Notes: generated by a model not told the origin, from the sequence alone. DNA of 64,000 bases from Chloroflexota bacterium (GCA_040758495.1 JBFLVL010000006.1:73498-137497); one strand, 5' to 3'. Shown: positions 9,185 to 19,396, numbered from the stretch's first letter. Made by a program: numbers and translations.

Positions 9185-9222
9185 TGGAACTACAGTGACC
9201 CTTTGAATGAAAGGGAGAAGCC

Positions 9223-10122
9223 ATGAAGCGCTTACGATTTTCCGTACTGTTACTGCTCATCCTCACTGCCATACTTTTCAACATCGAGAGAATCGATATC
9301 GGAGCTGAGAGGGACATTATCAATATACAGTCTTTTGTTTACGTCATTGCCGGTGTGTCCGTCTTGTTAATGATAGCTTTTCCAATCATATTGCGATTAT
9401 CCGTATTCCTTCAGTTGGCTTTCTGGCTGGTTCTTTATCTGGTGGTTAAGTTATTTGTGTTTACCTCGCGTCCGTTAATTGGGGGAGTTTATACCTACCT
9501 GTCCATCGCTGAGATGGCATTGATTTCCCTCTCGGTGGCCATTGCTTATGTGGTTGCCAGGCAATTCACAGATGCTGAAGATACCATTGCCAATATCACA
9601 TTAGATGGTGTCAGCAACCGTGTGCTTCGTCTGGATAGTGCTAAAGATGAAGTATCCAGGGAATTTATTCGCAGCCGTCGTTATCAACGTCCCCTGAGTA
9701 TCCTGCTGCTTCAGCTTGATGATGAGGCAGTTAATATCAGTGTGCATAACACCGCAAAAGAGATCATGCGCGATCTGATGAGGCGCTACACCATGACCAG
9801 TTTATTACGCTCCATAGATGCTCAACTGCGTCGTTCTGATCTGGTATTGGAAGAACCCAAAAAGAATCGCCTCATTCTCGTGCTGCCCGAAACGGATGCC
9901 ACGGGTTCCTCCATGTTAGCCAATAGAATAAAAGAGGCCATCAGTGATCATTTAGGCATCTCCATATCCTGCGGGCTGGCTTCCTTTCCTGATCAAGCAC
10001 TGACCTTTGAGGAACTGATCCATCGCGCAGAGGCAAGTTACCTCAAGCCACCCATTGAAGCTTTGGGGCCCGTTGAGGAAGAAGAGGAAGTCGAAAAGGT
10101 TGCTAAACCGGAGGCGGAGTAG
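9223..10122 (+). CDS. Membrane protein with C-terminal degenerate GGDEF-like domain (RxxD retained, GGDEF lost)
   Basis: About 5 N-terminal TM helices. The C-terminal part reads RRYQRPLSILLLQLDD...LRRSDLVLEEPKKNRLILVLPETD...ISCGLASFP...ELIHRAEAS, which follows the GGDEF fold pattern without the GG(D/E)EF motif. Confidence 0.6.
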   Translation: MKRLRFSVLLLLILTAILFNIERIDIGAERDIINIQSFVYVIAGVSVLLMIAFPIILRLSVFLQLAFWLVLYLVVKLFVFTSRPLIGGVYTYLSIAEMALISLSVAIAYVVARQFTDAEDTIANITLDGVSNRVLRLDSAKDEVSREFIRSRRYQRPLSILLLQLDDEAVNISVHNTAKEIMRDLMRRYTMTSLLRSIDAQLRRSDLVLEEPKKNRLILVLPETDATGSSMLANRIKEAISDHLGISISCGLASFPDQALTFEELIHRAEASYLKPPIEALGPVEEEEEVEKVAKPEAE

Positions 10123-10158
10123 ACATCCATACTCGGCCATCGAGGCGTGGTCACCTGA

Positions 10159-10851
10159 TTGATGACAGTCACCATCCCTGAAGTCAACATTTATACCCAA
10201 AATCCCTGGTTAGAACGGATACATCCAGAAAAGGCCCTCTTCCGAGGTGAGGCTTACGAGGTTGCCAAGAGGTTGTTGGATGTATTTATTCTTATTATTG
10301 GGCTGCCTGTTTGGCTGCCATTGTTAGCCGTTTGTGCTTTACTCATCAAAATAGAATCTCCGCAGGACCCGGCTATGTTCGTGCAGGAACGAACGGGTAG
10401 GGGGGGAAAACGTTTCAAAATGTATAAATTCCGTACCATGGTAGTACACGCCGAAGAGATAAAATCAGAAATTATGCATCTGAACGAGTTAATGTGGCCC
10501 GACTTTAAAATCGCTGATGACCCCCGCGTTACCCGTATGGGTCGCTTCCTCCGTATCACCAGCCTGGATGAGCTTCCGCAAGTATTTAATGTCATTAAAA
10601 ACGATATGAGCCTGGTAGGGCCCCGACCGACATCCTTTTCCCCCGAGGTATATGCGCTCTGGCACACCGAGCGACTGGATGTGATGCCAGGAATAACGGG
10701 ATTGTGGCAAATTTTAGGACGTGGTTCGACGGAGTTTGATGAGCGGTTGAAGATGGACATCGCCTATATCGAGAAGCGCTGTCTCTGGCTGGATTTTCAG
10801 ATCCTTATACGTACGGTCATCGCTGTTTTTCAAAACAAGGGCGCATATTGA
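10159..10851 (+). CDS. Small (PglC/WcaJ C-terminal type) polyprenyl-phosphate sugar-phosphate transferase
   Basis: Bac_transf motifs: KRLLDVFILIIGLPV, KFRTM, LDELPQVFNVIKNDMSLVGPRP. Confidence 0.9.
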   Translation: MMTVTIPEVNIYTQNPWLERIHPEKALFRGEAYEVAKRLLDVFILIIGLPVWLPLLAVCALLIKIESPQDPAMFVQERTGRGGKRFKMYKFRTMVVHAEEIKSEIMHLNELMWPDFKIADDPRVTRMGRFLRITSLDELPQVFNVIKNDMSLVGPRPTSFSPEVYALWHTERLDVMPGITGLWQILGRGSTEFDERLKMDIAYIEKRCLWLDFQILIRTVIAVFQNKGAY

Positions 10852-12125
10852 TGGCCCCCAAGATTGCCTATATTGTGTCCCGCTTTCCCCATCTGCCGGA
10901 GACTTTTATTTTAAGGGAAATGGCAGAGCTGGAACGACGAGGCTGGCAAATCGCCTTGTACCCTCTCATCCGCCAAAAGCAAAAGGTTGTTCATGACGAA
11001 GCCATCACCTGGATAGGACGGATGCGATACATCCCATTTTTCTCGCTGTCGGTGTTGTGGGAGAACCTACTGACCTTTTTTCAAGCGCCACAAAGATATG
11101 TGGCTTTGTTCAGCCAGGCGGTTAAAGAAAACCTTCCCAGTCCAAAGTTTCTCCTCCGTGCTGCGCTCCTGTTTCCCAAAGGGGTGTGTATTGCCAGGAA
11201 GATGCAAATGGAAGGCATCACCCATATTCATTCCCATTATGCTACCCACACGGCTTTTGTGGCCTGGTTGGTCCACCGCCTGATAAACATCAGCTACAGT
11301 ATAACCGTACATGCCCACGACATCTTTGTTGACCAGACGATGTTAGACACCAAGGTAAGGGAGGCGGTATTAGTGGTGTCAATCTCTAAATTTAATTGCC
11401 AGTTCCTTTATGAGTATTTGGGTGCCTGGGCCTTGGATAAAACCGTCGTCATCCATTGTGGCATTGAATTGGACCACTACACCCCTCAACAGAGGAGACA
11501 AGACCAAGGGAAGCGATTGGAGATTATCAATATTGGTAGTTTGCAACCCTATAAAGGACATTCCTATCTTATACAGGCTGGGGCTCTCTTACGGGATAGA
11601 GGCGTCCCTTTTCGTATTCGCATTATCGGGGAAGGGGAAGTACGAGCGGACTTAGAGAGGCTGATCGTTAAAACCGGGCTTGGTTCTCACGTTGAGCTGC
11701 TCGGTGCAAAACCCCAGGCAGAAGTGCCCCAATTGTTGGCAACTGCGAACTGCTACGTTCAACCCAGTGTCATAACGCCCCAGGGCAAAATGGAGGGGTT
11801 ACCAGTTGCCTTGATGGAAGCCATGGCAATGGGGTTGCCCGTGGTTGCCACAGACCTCTCTGCTATCTCCGAGTTGGTGCGCGAAAGTGAGACAGGCAGC
11901 TTGGTCCCCCCCGGAGATGCGGAGGCTTTAGCTGATAGGTTGCAGGCGATATTCTTCGACCGGTCAACCGCTGAGAGGATGGCTTTGAGGGGGCGTAAGG
12001 TTATTGAACAGGAGTTTGACCTGCTAAAAAATGTTACCCAACTGGAGAAGCAGTTCTATGATATCCTACAGGCAGAGCCTTTTCCGGTGGTATCCGAATT
12101 ACGCAACCAAGAAAGCAGGGTTTGA
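10848..12125 (+). CDS. GT4-family glycosyltransferase (WcaL-like)
   Basis: 425 aa with the C-terminal EGLPVALMEAMAMGLPVVATD motif. 4-nt overlap with the upstream gene. Confidence 0.85.
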   Translation: MMAPKIAYIVSRFPHLPETFILREMAELERRGWQIALYPLIRQKQKVVHDEAITWIGRMRYIPFFSLSVLWENLLTFFQAPQRYVALFSQAVKENLPSPKFLLRAALLFPKGVCIARKMQMEGITHIHSHYATHTAFVAWLVHRLINISYSITVHAHDIFVDQTMLDTKVREAVLVVSISKFNCQFLYEYLGAWALDKTVVIHCGIELDHYTPQQRRQDQGKRLEIINIGSLQPYKGHSYLIQAGALLRDRGVPFRIRIIGEGEVRADLERLIVKTGLGSHVELLGAKPQAEVPQLLATANCYVQPSVITPQGKMEGLPVALMEAMAMGLPVVATDLSAISELVRESETGSLVPPGDAEALADRLQAIFFDRSTAERMALRGRKVIEQEFDLLKNVTQLEKQFYDILQAEPFPVVSELRNQESRV

Positions 12126-12293
12126 AGACCCATAAAAGTGTAAAAATATAGATATAATACCCCCAGAGATGTAAAGCAGGCTCTTTATCGGATACCTCAT
12201 GATAGTGTGATAAGCTGCTTCTCAATCCATGAAAAATGACGTATGATTGGTTCTGGACATAAGACGAAATGACACAGCCAGGAGGAAGGACAT

Positions 12294-13409
12294 ATGGAAC
12301 TTAGAATCTACATTCAAATGCTTCAGCGGAGCTGGTGGATCGTGCTGCTCACTGCCTTATCTGCTTTAGCGGTTGCTCTGGCTCTTACTTTTGTTGCCAC
12401 ACCTATATACCAGGCCACCGCGCGCTTCGTTGTAAGCCCGACGTTATCCCTCGCGGATGAGCGGGATGTGGTACGCAGCCTGGAAGTGCTGGATAAACGC
12501 TCTATTGTTGTAACCTATGCCGAGGTGTTAGATAGCTACCGCATATACAACGTCACGCTTGCGGCGCTAAACCTCACCCCAGAGCAACTGGAGGACTACA
12601 TCTATTCTACAGTTGTATTGCCTGAGGCGAATATCCTAGAATTGTCTGTTGAAGGTCCAGACCCCCAGATGGCGATGCTATTAGCCAACAATATCGGTCA
12701 GCAGGCGATTGATTATATTCGCCAGCTATATTCTGCCTACGAGATAGATTTTCTTGATCCTGCTACCATGCCAACTGTGCCCATTCGCCCCAATCCTATT
12801 CGAGATGCAAGTCTAGCGTTCGTCTTGGGAATGGTCGTGGGCGCGGTGTTGGCGATCATCCGTGAACAATTGCGCATCCCCCTGGAGACCTTTATCCGCC
12901 GTACGATGATTGACAGCACGTCTCTGGCGTTCAACCGAAACTATATCGAACGGAAGTTGGAAGAGCATGTAGGGCGTTCTTCCTCTGCTGCGGTGACCAT
13001 GGGCTTGATTCAACTGGATGGTCTGCAGGGTTATCTGGATGTGATGCCCCAACCCGTCATCCAAAGGATCTTGCGTGAGGTAACGGAGGTAATGAGGGAA
13101 GAGCTGCGCGGCAACGACCTCGTCGGTCGTTGGGACAACACCATCTTTGCGGTATTGCTCTTTGACACCCCTGGAAAGGCAGCCGTGAGCACCTTGGGAC
13201 GAGTGCAGGCAGCCTTATCCAAACCTGTACGTTTCAGCCCGGATGGAGAAGCCCTGAACGTGCGCCCCAAAGTTGGCCTGGTAGAACGACAACCCGGAGA
13301 TCCTTCTGGTTTGATCATTGATCGGGCTGGAGAAGCACTGGATCAGGCCATTGGTGATGAAACCGGTTTGGTCCTGTTCAAAATCCGCCCGTTGGTTGGT
13401 TTTGGATAA
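12294..13409 (+). CDS. Polysaccharide co-polymerase (Wzz-like) fused to a degenerate GGDEF domain with intact RxxD I-site
   Basis: The N-terminus (LQRSWWIVLLTALSALAVALALTFVATPIYQATARFVVSP) is a Wzz-type first TM region, and a second TM follows. The C-terminus reads LRGNDLVGRWDNTIFAVLL, which aligns to RxxD-x4-R-x-GGDEF. Confidence 0.7.
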   Translation: MELRIYIQMLQRSWWIVLLTALSALAVALALTFVATPIYQATARFVVSPTLSLADERDVVRSLEVLDKRSIVVTYAEVLDSYRIYNVTLAALNLTPEQLEDYIYSTVVLPEANILELSVEGPDPQMAMLLANNIGQQAIDYIRQLYSAYEIDFLDPATMPTVPIRPNPIRDASLAFVLGMVVGAVLAIIREQLRIPLETFIRRTMIDSTSLAFNRNYIERKLEEHVGRSSSAAVTMGLIQLDGLQGYLDVMPQPVIQRILREVTEVMREELRGNDLVGRWDNTIFAVLLFDTPGKAAVSTLGRVQAALSKPVRFSPDGEALNVRPKVGLVERQPGDPSGLIIDRAGEALDQAIGDETGLVLFKIRPLVGFG

Positions 13410-13474
13410 CTCTCTGAGAGGTAGTGTTCGTTGGTCGGGTGTGCAAGATGGGTTGATTCCAGTGGTCGTATGGT

Positions 13475-14281
13475 TTGACAGTGGATAAATCGGTTGATCT
13501 TGAGGCTATTCGCCAGGGTTTAATTCGCATTCGCGGAGATCCTTCTTCGAGACCTGATGGTTCAGTGGTTATTCCGGTAAATGCAGCCGAAGACCTGGGT
13601 ATGGTACTCCAGCTATTGAATGACCTGGTAGGGTATTCGGGCAGGTACCGTTTTGAGGTAGTGTTAGTGGTCAATAATTATTCTCCTGAACATCCACCCG
13701 AAGAAATAGAAGGCTACCGCCATCTGGGAGCCAACGTTTTGGCGGTCCCCGAAATACAGTCTCCAGGTATAGAAGTGATTCTGGGTGCACGATTGGCAGG
13801 GATGGAAGTAGTTCACTCGGAGAAGACCATCCATTTTGATGCTGACTGCCGTATTCCAAATATAAACGCGTTATTCGATTGGATCATGGAGGCCTTTAAA
13901 TCAGGGGCTCAACTGGCTTATAGCCATGTCAGTTATTATGATTTTCTCAAGATACCCTCAGTTTATACACGGATAGCCGTACATCACCTGATAAGATGGA
14001 TAAAGCGCAACCTTCTGGGCATTCCCACGACTCGGGGAAGCAATTACGCTATTGACCGTTCTCTATTTTTAGCCTTGGCACGTGCTGGAAAGATAAGTGT
14101 GGATTTCCAGGTTGGTCCGGAGGTTAAGGCTTGCGGTGCTCAGATAGCTTATACTGACCATCCCGATATGCGGGTGCTGACATCGGGACGTAAAATCCGG
14201 GGTGGGTGGTTCAGGTTTGTGCGTTATTTACTCTTCAGATTGCGCGTTAATTTGAAGAGCATCCCCAGCCAGTCGTATTAA
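13475..14281 (+). CDS. Putative GT2-like glycosyltransferase
   Basis: VVIPVNAAEDL...VVLVVNNYSPE...FDADC (DxD-like). The start codon is non-ATG on the track and uncertain. Confidence 0.45.
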   Translation: MTVDKSVDLEAIRQGLIRIRGDPSSRPDGSVVIPVNAAEDLGMVLQLLNDLVGYSGRYRFEVVLVVNNYSPEHPPEEIEGYRHLGANVLAVPEIQSPGIEVILGARLAGMEVVHSEKTIHFDADCRIPNINALFDWIMEAFKSGAQLAYSHVSYYDFLKIPSVYTRIAVHHLIRWIKRNLLGIPTTRGSNYAIDRSLFLALARAGKISVDFQVGPEVKACGAQIAYTDHPDMRVLTSGRKIRGGWFRFVRYLLFRLRVNLKSIPSQSY

Positions 14282-14315
14282 ACTGTGGGTACATCCAAGT
14301 GGAGTAAGGTGTGAT

Positions 14316-15791
14316 ATGTTGACTGCTGAAGCTCTAAGAAGAGGGAGGTTGCTACCGCTATACTTTGGAGTTGTCGCCTTAGTCGTAGGAGTCAGCGCGG
14401 GGATTTTAGTTGCCTCCGTACCCAACTCATTAAGGTTGTTTGTTATTGTTATTGGTATTTTTATATTTTTGGCTTCGGTTGCCAGAGTGGATTGGGGGTT
14501 ATTGGTCCTGATCCTGATCTCCTACACTCGCTTCTCCGACATCGCCATCAAGTATCATGGTGCGCCATCGTTTGCCAAGGCTTTTGTCGTGCTGGTAGGC
14601 ATTGCCATACTGATCCGCTGGGTGGTATATGGTGAACGGCCAGCAGGGTGGCAAAAAGCCACAATATTACTGGCGGCTTATGGTCTGGTCGGGTATGCGT
14701 CCATAATCTATGCCGCTGACGCCCTTAGAGTTCAGGAAGCAACCCTCAACTTCCTCAAGGACGCGGCTATCGCCATCATCATCACCATATTACTCCATCG
14801 GGGTAAGATGTTGCGGCAGGTGATTTGGGTGCTCCTGGCGGCCGGCATTTTTTTGGGCACCCTCAGCATAATCCAGTATTTTACCGGCACGTTTGAAAAC
14901 AACTATTGGGGGTTTGCTCAGGCCGATATGCAGCACCTCGCCGGACAGACGAAAGGATATCGGGTAACAGGCCCAATTGGAGACCCGAACTTTTATGCCC
15001 AAATTATGCTGGTGTTGATACCTCTGGCACTTGACCGTCTTTGGAACGAGCGTAAGCAGTCATTACGCTTGATCGCTATCTGGGCGATCGTTGTCTGTTC
15101 CCTGTCCGTGGTGTTGACTTATTCACGAGGCGGTTTTGTTGCTCTGGCCGTGGTGGCAGCTCTGTTACTCATCTATTATCGTCCCAAACCGATGGCCTGG
15201 TTGATTACATTGTTAGTGGTATTGGTTGTCATCCAGTTTGTTCCTGCGGTTTATACTGAGCGTATTATGTCCCTCTCCGATTTCTTGCCCGATGCTGCTT
15301 CTTCCGAACAACCAGGAGCGACATTTCGCGGGCGGGCCAGTGAATTAATCGTGGGTTGGTTAATGTTTCGGGATTCGCCATTGGTGGGAGTGGGCTATAA
15401 CAACTATCCGGTGTATTATCAGGAATATTCCCGTCGTGTGGGGCTGGATCCACGTATTGCAGAAAGGTCTGCACATAACCTGTACATTGAAATAGCTGCT
15501 GAGACAGGTTTGTTAGGCTTAACTGTCTTTGGGTTGATCGTCTGGGATTCGATGCAGGGTGTGTGGTTGGCCTGGAAGAAGTTTAAGGCCGCCCAGATGA
15601 ACGACTTTGCTGGTATAGTCGCGGCTTTTGGTATCGGTTTGGCAGGTTATCTGGTGGCTGGTTTGTTCATTCACGATGCCTATCCGCGCTATCTGTGGAT
15701 TTTAATAGGGATTGCGCTGGCAATTCAAAATGTAGTTAAGAACGAATTAGCTGTAAAGAGCTTTGTTGCTGAAAATAGCGTTATCCGGTAA
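14316..15791 (+). CDS. O-antigen ligase/polymerase (Wzy-type) family membrane protein
   Basis: 491 aa, at least 10 TM segments, Wzy_C-like core LTYSRGGFVALAVVA. Confidence 0.75.
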   Translation: MLTAEALRRGRLLPLYFGVVALVVGVSAGILVASVPNSLRLFVIVIGIFIFLASVARVDWGLLVLILISYTRFSDIAIKYHGAPSFAKAFVVLVGIAILIRWVVYGERPAGWQKATILLAAYGLVGYASIIYAADALRVQEATLNFLKDAAIAIIITILLHRGKMLRQVIWVLLAAGIFLGTLSIIQYFTGTFENNYWGFAQADMQHLAGQTKGYRVTGPIGDPNFYAQIMLVLIPLALDRLWNERKQSLRLIAIWAIVVCSLSVVLTYSRGGFVALAVVAALLLIYYRPKPMAWLITLLVVLVVIQFVPAVYTERIMSLSDFLPDAASSEQPGATFRGRASELIVGWLMFRDSPLVGVGYNNYPVYYQEYSRRVGLDPRIAERSAHNLYIEIAAETGLLGLTVFGLIVWDSMQGVWLAWKKFKAAQMNDFAGIVAAFGIGLAGYLVAGLFIHDAYPRYLWILIGIALAIQNVVKNELAVKSFVAENSVIR

Positions 15792-15822
15792 ACACACACA
15801 GCAACTTGCTCTCCTTTTTCCC

Positions 15823-16713
15823 ATGTTAAATAAATGTCCCATATTCGTTAACGGTTTCCAGCGTGGAGGGACGAACGTCCTCGTAAATTTAATTGCTTCC
15901 CATCCGGGGGTGGGGACCTTGGGCCGAGAAACTCACGAGGTGTTTTATGGTCGGGAAACGGAAGCACTTCAAAAGTGGGTTCGGCGTGCCTTCTACCTGC
16001 CTATCCTGTTAGCCACAAGACAACAATATTTCTGGCCTTATCGTTTTTATCCCCGAAAACCAATCCCCAGTTTTATAACCCGGTATATTGATGGGATATT
16101 TTATATCCACAAGCTGTTAGCCAGGGAGAACCGTCAAACTTTTCAGGCTGAGAACAGGTCTCTTAGCGAAACTGCCCAGTTAAGATTATTGTGCAAAAAT
16201 GTGAACGGGGTCGTGTTGTTGACCAAGTTGTTCGCTGAGATGTACCCCGATGGGATTTTTTTGGGGCTTGTACGCAATGGTTTTGCTCTTGGTGAGGGGT
16301 TTATACGGCGGGGTTGGTCCGTTGAGAGAATAGGGAATATGTATGAACTGGTGTGTCAGGCGATGATCCGGGATGCGAGTAGCTTTGACCATTATTATCT
16401 TTTGCGTTTTGAGGAGATGATCGCTGATCCATTAAACTTTACGAAAAAAGTGTACGGATATCTGGGCCTTGACGACCAGCAGGTCGAGCATTTTCGCTTG
16501 CAGGCCAAACCGTCCATGACGAAAGACGGGAAGAGCGACTACATGTTCGGGGAATCGGATAGGGAAATTTATTGGTTTCCCCCCGAACAATTGAAGGCTC
16601 AGTTCAGACAGGATGTGAACGAGAACCAGATAGCTCGATTGACGGAGGAGCAAAAGGAGCAATTTGTAAAGATAGCTGAACAGTCTATGAGCTATTTCGG
16701 TTATTTGACCTAG
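15823..16713 (+). CDS. Sulfotransferase-family protein
   Basis: 5'-PSB-like FVNGFQRGGTNVL and a C-terminal RFEEMIADP..YGYLGL pattern. The start was set at ATG 15823; the track start at 15763 overlaps the Wzy gene. Confidence 0.65.
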   Translation: MLNKCPIFVNGFQRGGTNVLVNLIASHPGVGTLGRETHEVFYGRETEALQKWVRRAFYLPILLATRQQYFWPYRFYPRKPIPSFITRYIDGIFYIHKLLARENRQTFQAENRSLSETAQLRLLCKNVNGVVLLTKLFAEMYPDGIFLGLVRNGFALGEGFIRRGWSVERIGNMYELVCQAMIRDASSFDHYYLLRFEEMIADPLNFTKKVYGYLGLDDQQVEHFRLQAKPSMTKDGKSDYMFGESDREIYWFPPEQLKAQFRQDVNENQIARLTEEQKEQFVKIAEQSMSYFGYLT

Positions 16714-16775
16714 AGGTTCAATGTTCTGGTTGCTCAGTCCATTGAGAGTAAGAACTGGCTGGGCGGTTTTATTTT

Positions 16776-18248
16776 TTGAGGTATAGATTGGAGAGCAAAA
16801 GCGAACGTCTGGAGTTAGTTACTATAAGGGGCACTTTTTGGACCTATGCCTCCCAATACAGTGGAAAAATCTTGCGTTTTCTGACCACTGTGGTCTTGGC
16901 CTGGTTACTCTCCAAGGAAGACATTGGTCTGGCCGGTTTCGCTCTGGTAGTCATCAATTTTCTAGACGTGCTCAGCGATTTGGGTGTGGGCATGGCGTTG
17001 ATCTACCATCGCGACCACCCGCTGACAGCGGATACCTCATTCTGGATCAGTATAGGTGCGGGTTTTTCCCTGTTTGGTCTAACCTGGCTGATTGCCCCTT
17101 ATGCTGGCGCTTTTTTCAACGACATGCGTTCTGTCTCACTTACCAGGGTGCTGGCTTTGACCTTTCCGATTACAGCCTTTGGGAATGTTCACAGTGCCTT
17201 GCTCAGGAAGGAACTGGAATTTGGGCGAAAATTTATCCCCGATACGGTTGGTTCGCTGGCCAAAGGGTTGTTTTCTATCCTGTTAGCCTTTATGGGTTTT
17301 GGGGCCTGGAGCATCGTGTTGGGTCAGGTGGGAAGTTCGATTGTATCGGTATTCGTTTATTGGATGGTCTTACCCTGGCGCCCTACTTTCCGCTTGGTCC
17401 GTGAGGTTGCCCGCAAGTTGTTATCCTATAGTGTTGGTATCATCTCGATTGATACCTTAGGAGTCTTGCTGCTCAATGTGGATTACCTGATTGTCGGTCG
17501 TTACCTGGGAGCAGCGGCACTCGGCGTTTACACTCTGGCTTTTCGTTTGCCAGAGGTGGCCATAAAACAATTTTGTGGAACGCTATCCAGGGTTATTTTT
17601 CCCGTGTATGCCAAGTTGCGTGATGAACCCCGGAAACTCAATCAGGCTTTCTTGAAAACCATGCGGTATGTATCCATTGTGACCATCCCCTTGGGATTAG
17701 GCCTGGCTTTGGTAGCTGAACCGGTTGTGCTGACCTTCTTTTCCAAGAAATGGATAGAAGCTGTTCCCGTGACGCGGGCTATATCTATTTATTCGTTAGT
17801 AATTTCTCTGGCATTCAACGCCGGTGATATTCTAAAGGCTCAAGGTCGTCTGGCGGTGATGACCAACCTGGCCTTGTTGCGCGCAGCTATTTTGATCCCT
17901 GCCTTATGGTGGGCAGCGACAGTTATTGGCTCATTGACTGCTGTGGGTTGGATGCAGACCGCCATCGCGGTCATAACCAGTTCGATTAATTTAATCGTGG
18001 CTTGTCGTCTGTTCAATACGCCGTTTGTTAAGATGCTGGATTCCTTCCGTCCTGCTGCCATCAGCGGTGTGGTTATGTCCCTGGTGGTATGGGGTGTCCT
18101 GATGGTGTTAAAGGAGGCCTCCCCTGTTTTCCAATTGCTTGCCAGTGTCGGTCTTGGGGGCGTTACCTATGTGGGTTTCTTGTGGGTGATACAACGGGAA
18201 CTGGCCATTGAAACCAGTAACCTGTTACGCTCTGCATGGAGGCGATGA
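16776..18248 (+). CDS. wzx: Wzx-type (MOP/PST family) polysaccharide flippase
   Basis: 490 aa with about 12-14 TM segments and typical N-terminal RGTFWTYASQYSGKILRF. TTG start on the track. Confidence 0.8.
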   Translation: MRYRLESKSERLELVTIRGTFWTYASQYSGKILRFLTTVVLAWLLSKEDIGLAGFALVVINFLDVLSDLGVGMALIYHRDHPLTADTSFWISIGAGFSLFGLTWLIAPYAGAFFNDMRSVSLTRVLALTFPITAFGNVHSALLRKELEFGRKFIPDTVGSLAKGLFSILLAFMGFGAWSIVLGQVGSSIVSVFVYWMVLPWRPTFRLVREVARKLLSYSVGIISIDTLGVLLLNVDYLIVGRYLGAAALGVYTLAFRLPEVAIKQFCGTLSRVIFPVYAKLRDEPRKLNQAFLKTMRYVSIVTIPLGLGLALVAEPVVLTFFSKKWIEAVPVTRAISIYSLVISLAFNAGDILKAQGRLAVMTNLALLRAAILIPALWWAATVIGSLTAVGWMQTAIAVITSSINLIVACRLFNTPFVKMLDSFRPAAISGVVMSLVVWGVLMVLKEASPVFQLLASVGLGGVTYVGFLWVIQRELAIETSNLLRSAWRR

Positions 18249-19396
18249 TGCGCGTTACGCACATTATTGACTCGCTTCGTTGGGGCGGTGCGCAAAAGCT
18301 ACTGGTGACATTTGCCCATGCAGTGCAGGGACAGGACATAGAACTAAACATAGTCAGTTTAATCAAGCATCTTCGAGGCGTAACCATCCCCGATGAGTTG
18401 ACAGAAGCTGGGGTGGGTGTCCACTTTTTTACTTCCAAGGCGCTACATAAACCGAAACGTTTCTACAAACTCATCCGTTTCCTTCAGCGAGAGCGGGTAG
18501 AACTTATCCATACCCATTTGACGTACGCTAACATCCTGGGCGCCCTGGCTGGCAGGCTTCTACGCATCCCGGTGGTTTCTACTTTGCACACCCAGGGTTA
18601 TGACCCACATAAGGATCCACGCCTGTGGCGCCTCCTGGAAACCTGGACACTGCGTTTTGATAATGTGCATCTCAGCAGTGTAGGTTATACAGTGGCTGAA
18701 TCCCAAAAAAGGCGCTTTCCAGGTAAGCCGATCGAGGTGATCCCCAATGCTGTACGGATGCTCACCTCCATATCGGGTGATCAACGCGAAACACTTCGAA
18801 AACAGTTGGCTGGGGATGCCTCCCGCCCCTTGTTGATATCCGTAGGAAGGTTATCGCCCCCTAAGGGTTATTCTGATCTTCTGTCTGCTTTTGCTACCAT
18901 TCACCAAAGGAACCCCTCTGCAGTTTTGTTGATTGTGGGGGATGGGAAATTGCGAAGTGAGTTGAGGAATAAGATTGTATCTCTGGGTCTAAAAGGTCAC
19001 GCCCACCTGCTAGGAGCGCGTGATGACGTCCCCCGTTTGTTGGCGGTTAGCGACCTGTACGTCAGTGCCTCTTATTGGGAGGGCCTGCCGGTAGCATTGC
19101 TGGAGGCCATGTCTGCTGGTTTACCCGTTGTGGCTACAAATGTGGGTGATATCCCAGAAGTACTCGACGAAGGGATGGGCGTTCTTGTGCCTCCATGTCA
19201 GCCAGGAGAGCTTGCGGAAGCGATTTGTTCGCTTTTGAAGGATGAGGGAAAGATGAAGAGTTTAGGCTCGGCTGCCAGGGAACATGTGCGCAAGAACTAC
19301 GACCCGGGTACCTGGGCGCAACGGATATTGTTATTTTATGCTGATGTTCTTTCCCCGTTGAATACTACCTCGGAGAGTGGAGGGAAATGTAGATGA
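18236..19396 (+). CDS. GT4-family glycosyltransferase
   Basis: MRVTHIIDSLRWGGAQK... and EGLPVALLEAMSAGLPVVATNVG. Confidence 0.9.
   Translation: MEAMMRVTHIIDSLRWGGAQKLLVTFAHAVQGQDIELNIVSLIKHLRGVTIPDELTEAGVGVHFFTSKALHKPKRFYKLIRFLQRERVELIHTHLTYANILGALAGRLLRIPVVSTLHTQGYDPHKDPRLWRLLETWTLRFDNVHLSSVGYTVAESQKRRFPGKPIEVIPNAVRMLTSISGDQRETLRKQLAGDASRPLLISVGRLSPPKGYSDLLSAFATIHQRNPSAVLLIVGDGKLRSELRNKIVSLGLKGHAHLLGARDDVPRLLAVSDLYVSASYWEGLPVALLEAMSAGLPVVATNVGDIPEVLDEGMGVLVPPCQPGELAEAICSLLKDEGKMKSLGSAAREHVRKNYDPGTWAQRILLFYADVLSPLNTTSESGGKCR

Noticed and set aside
16838-17404. 188-aa alternative-frame ORF inside the Wzx flippase gene
   Set aside because: It is out of frame with a polytopic membrane protein of the expected length. 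Its translation is not membrane-like and has no start context.
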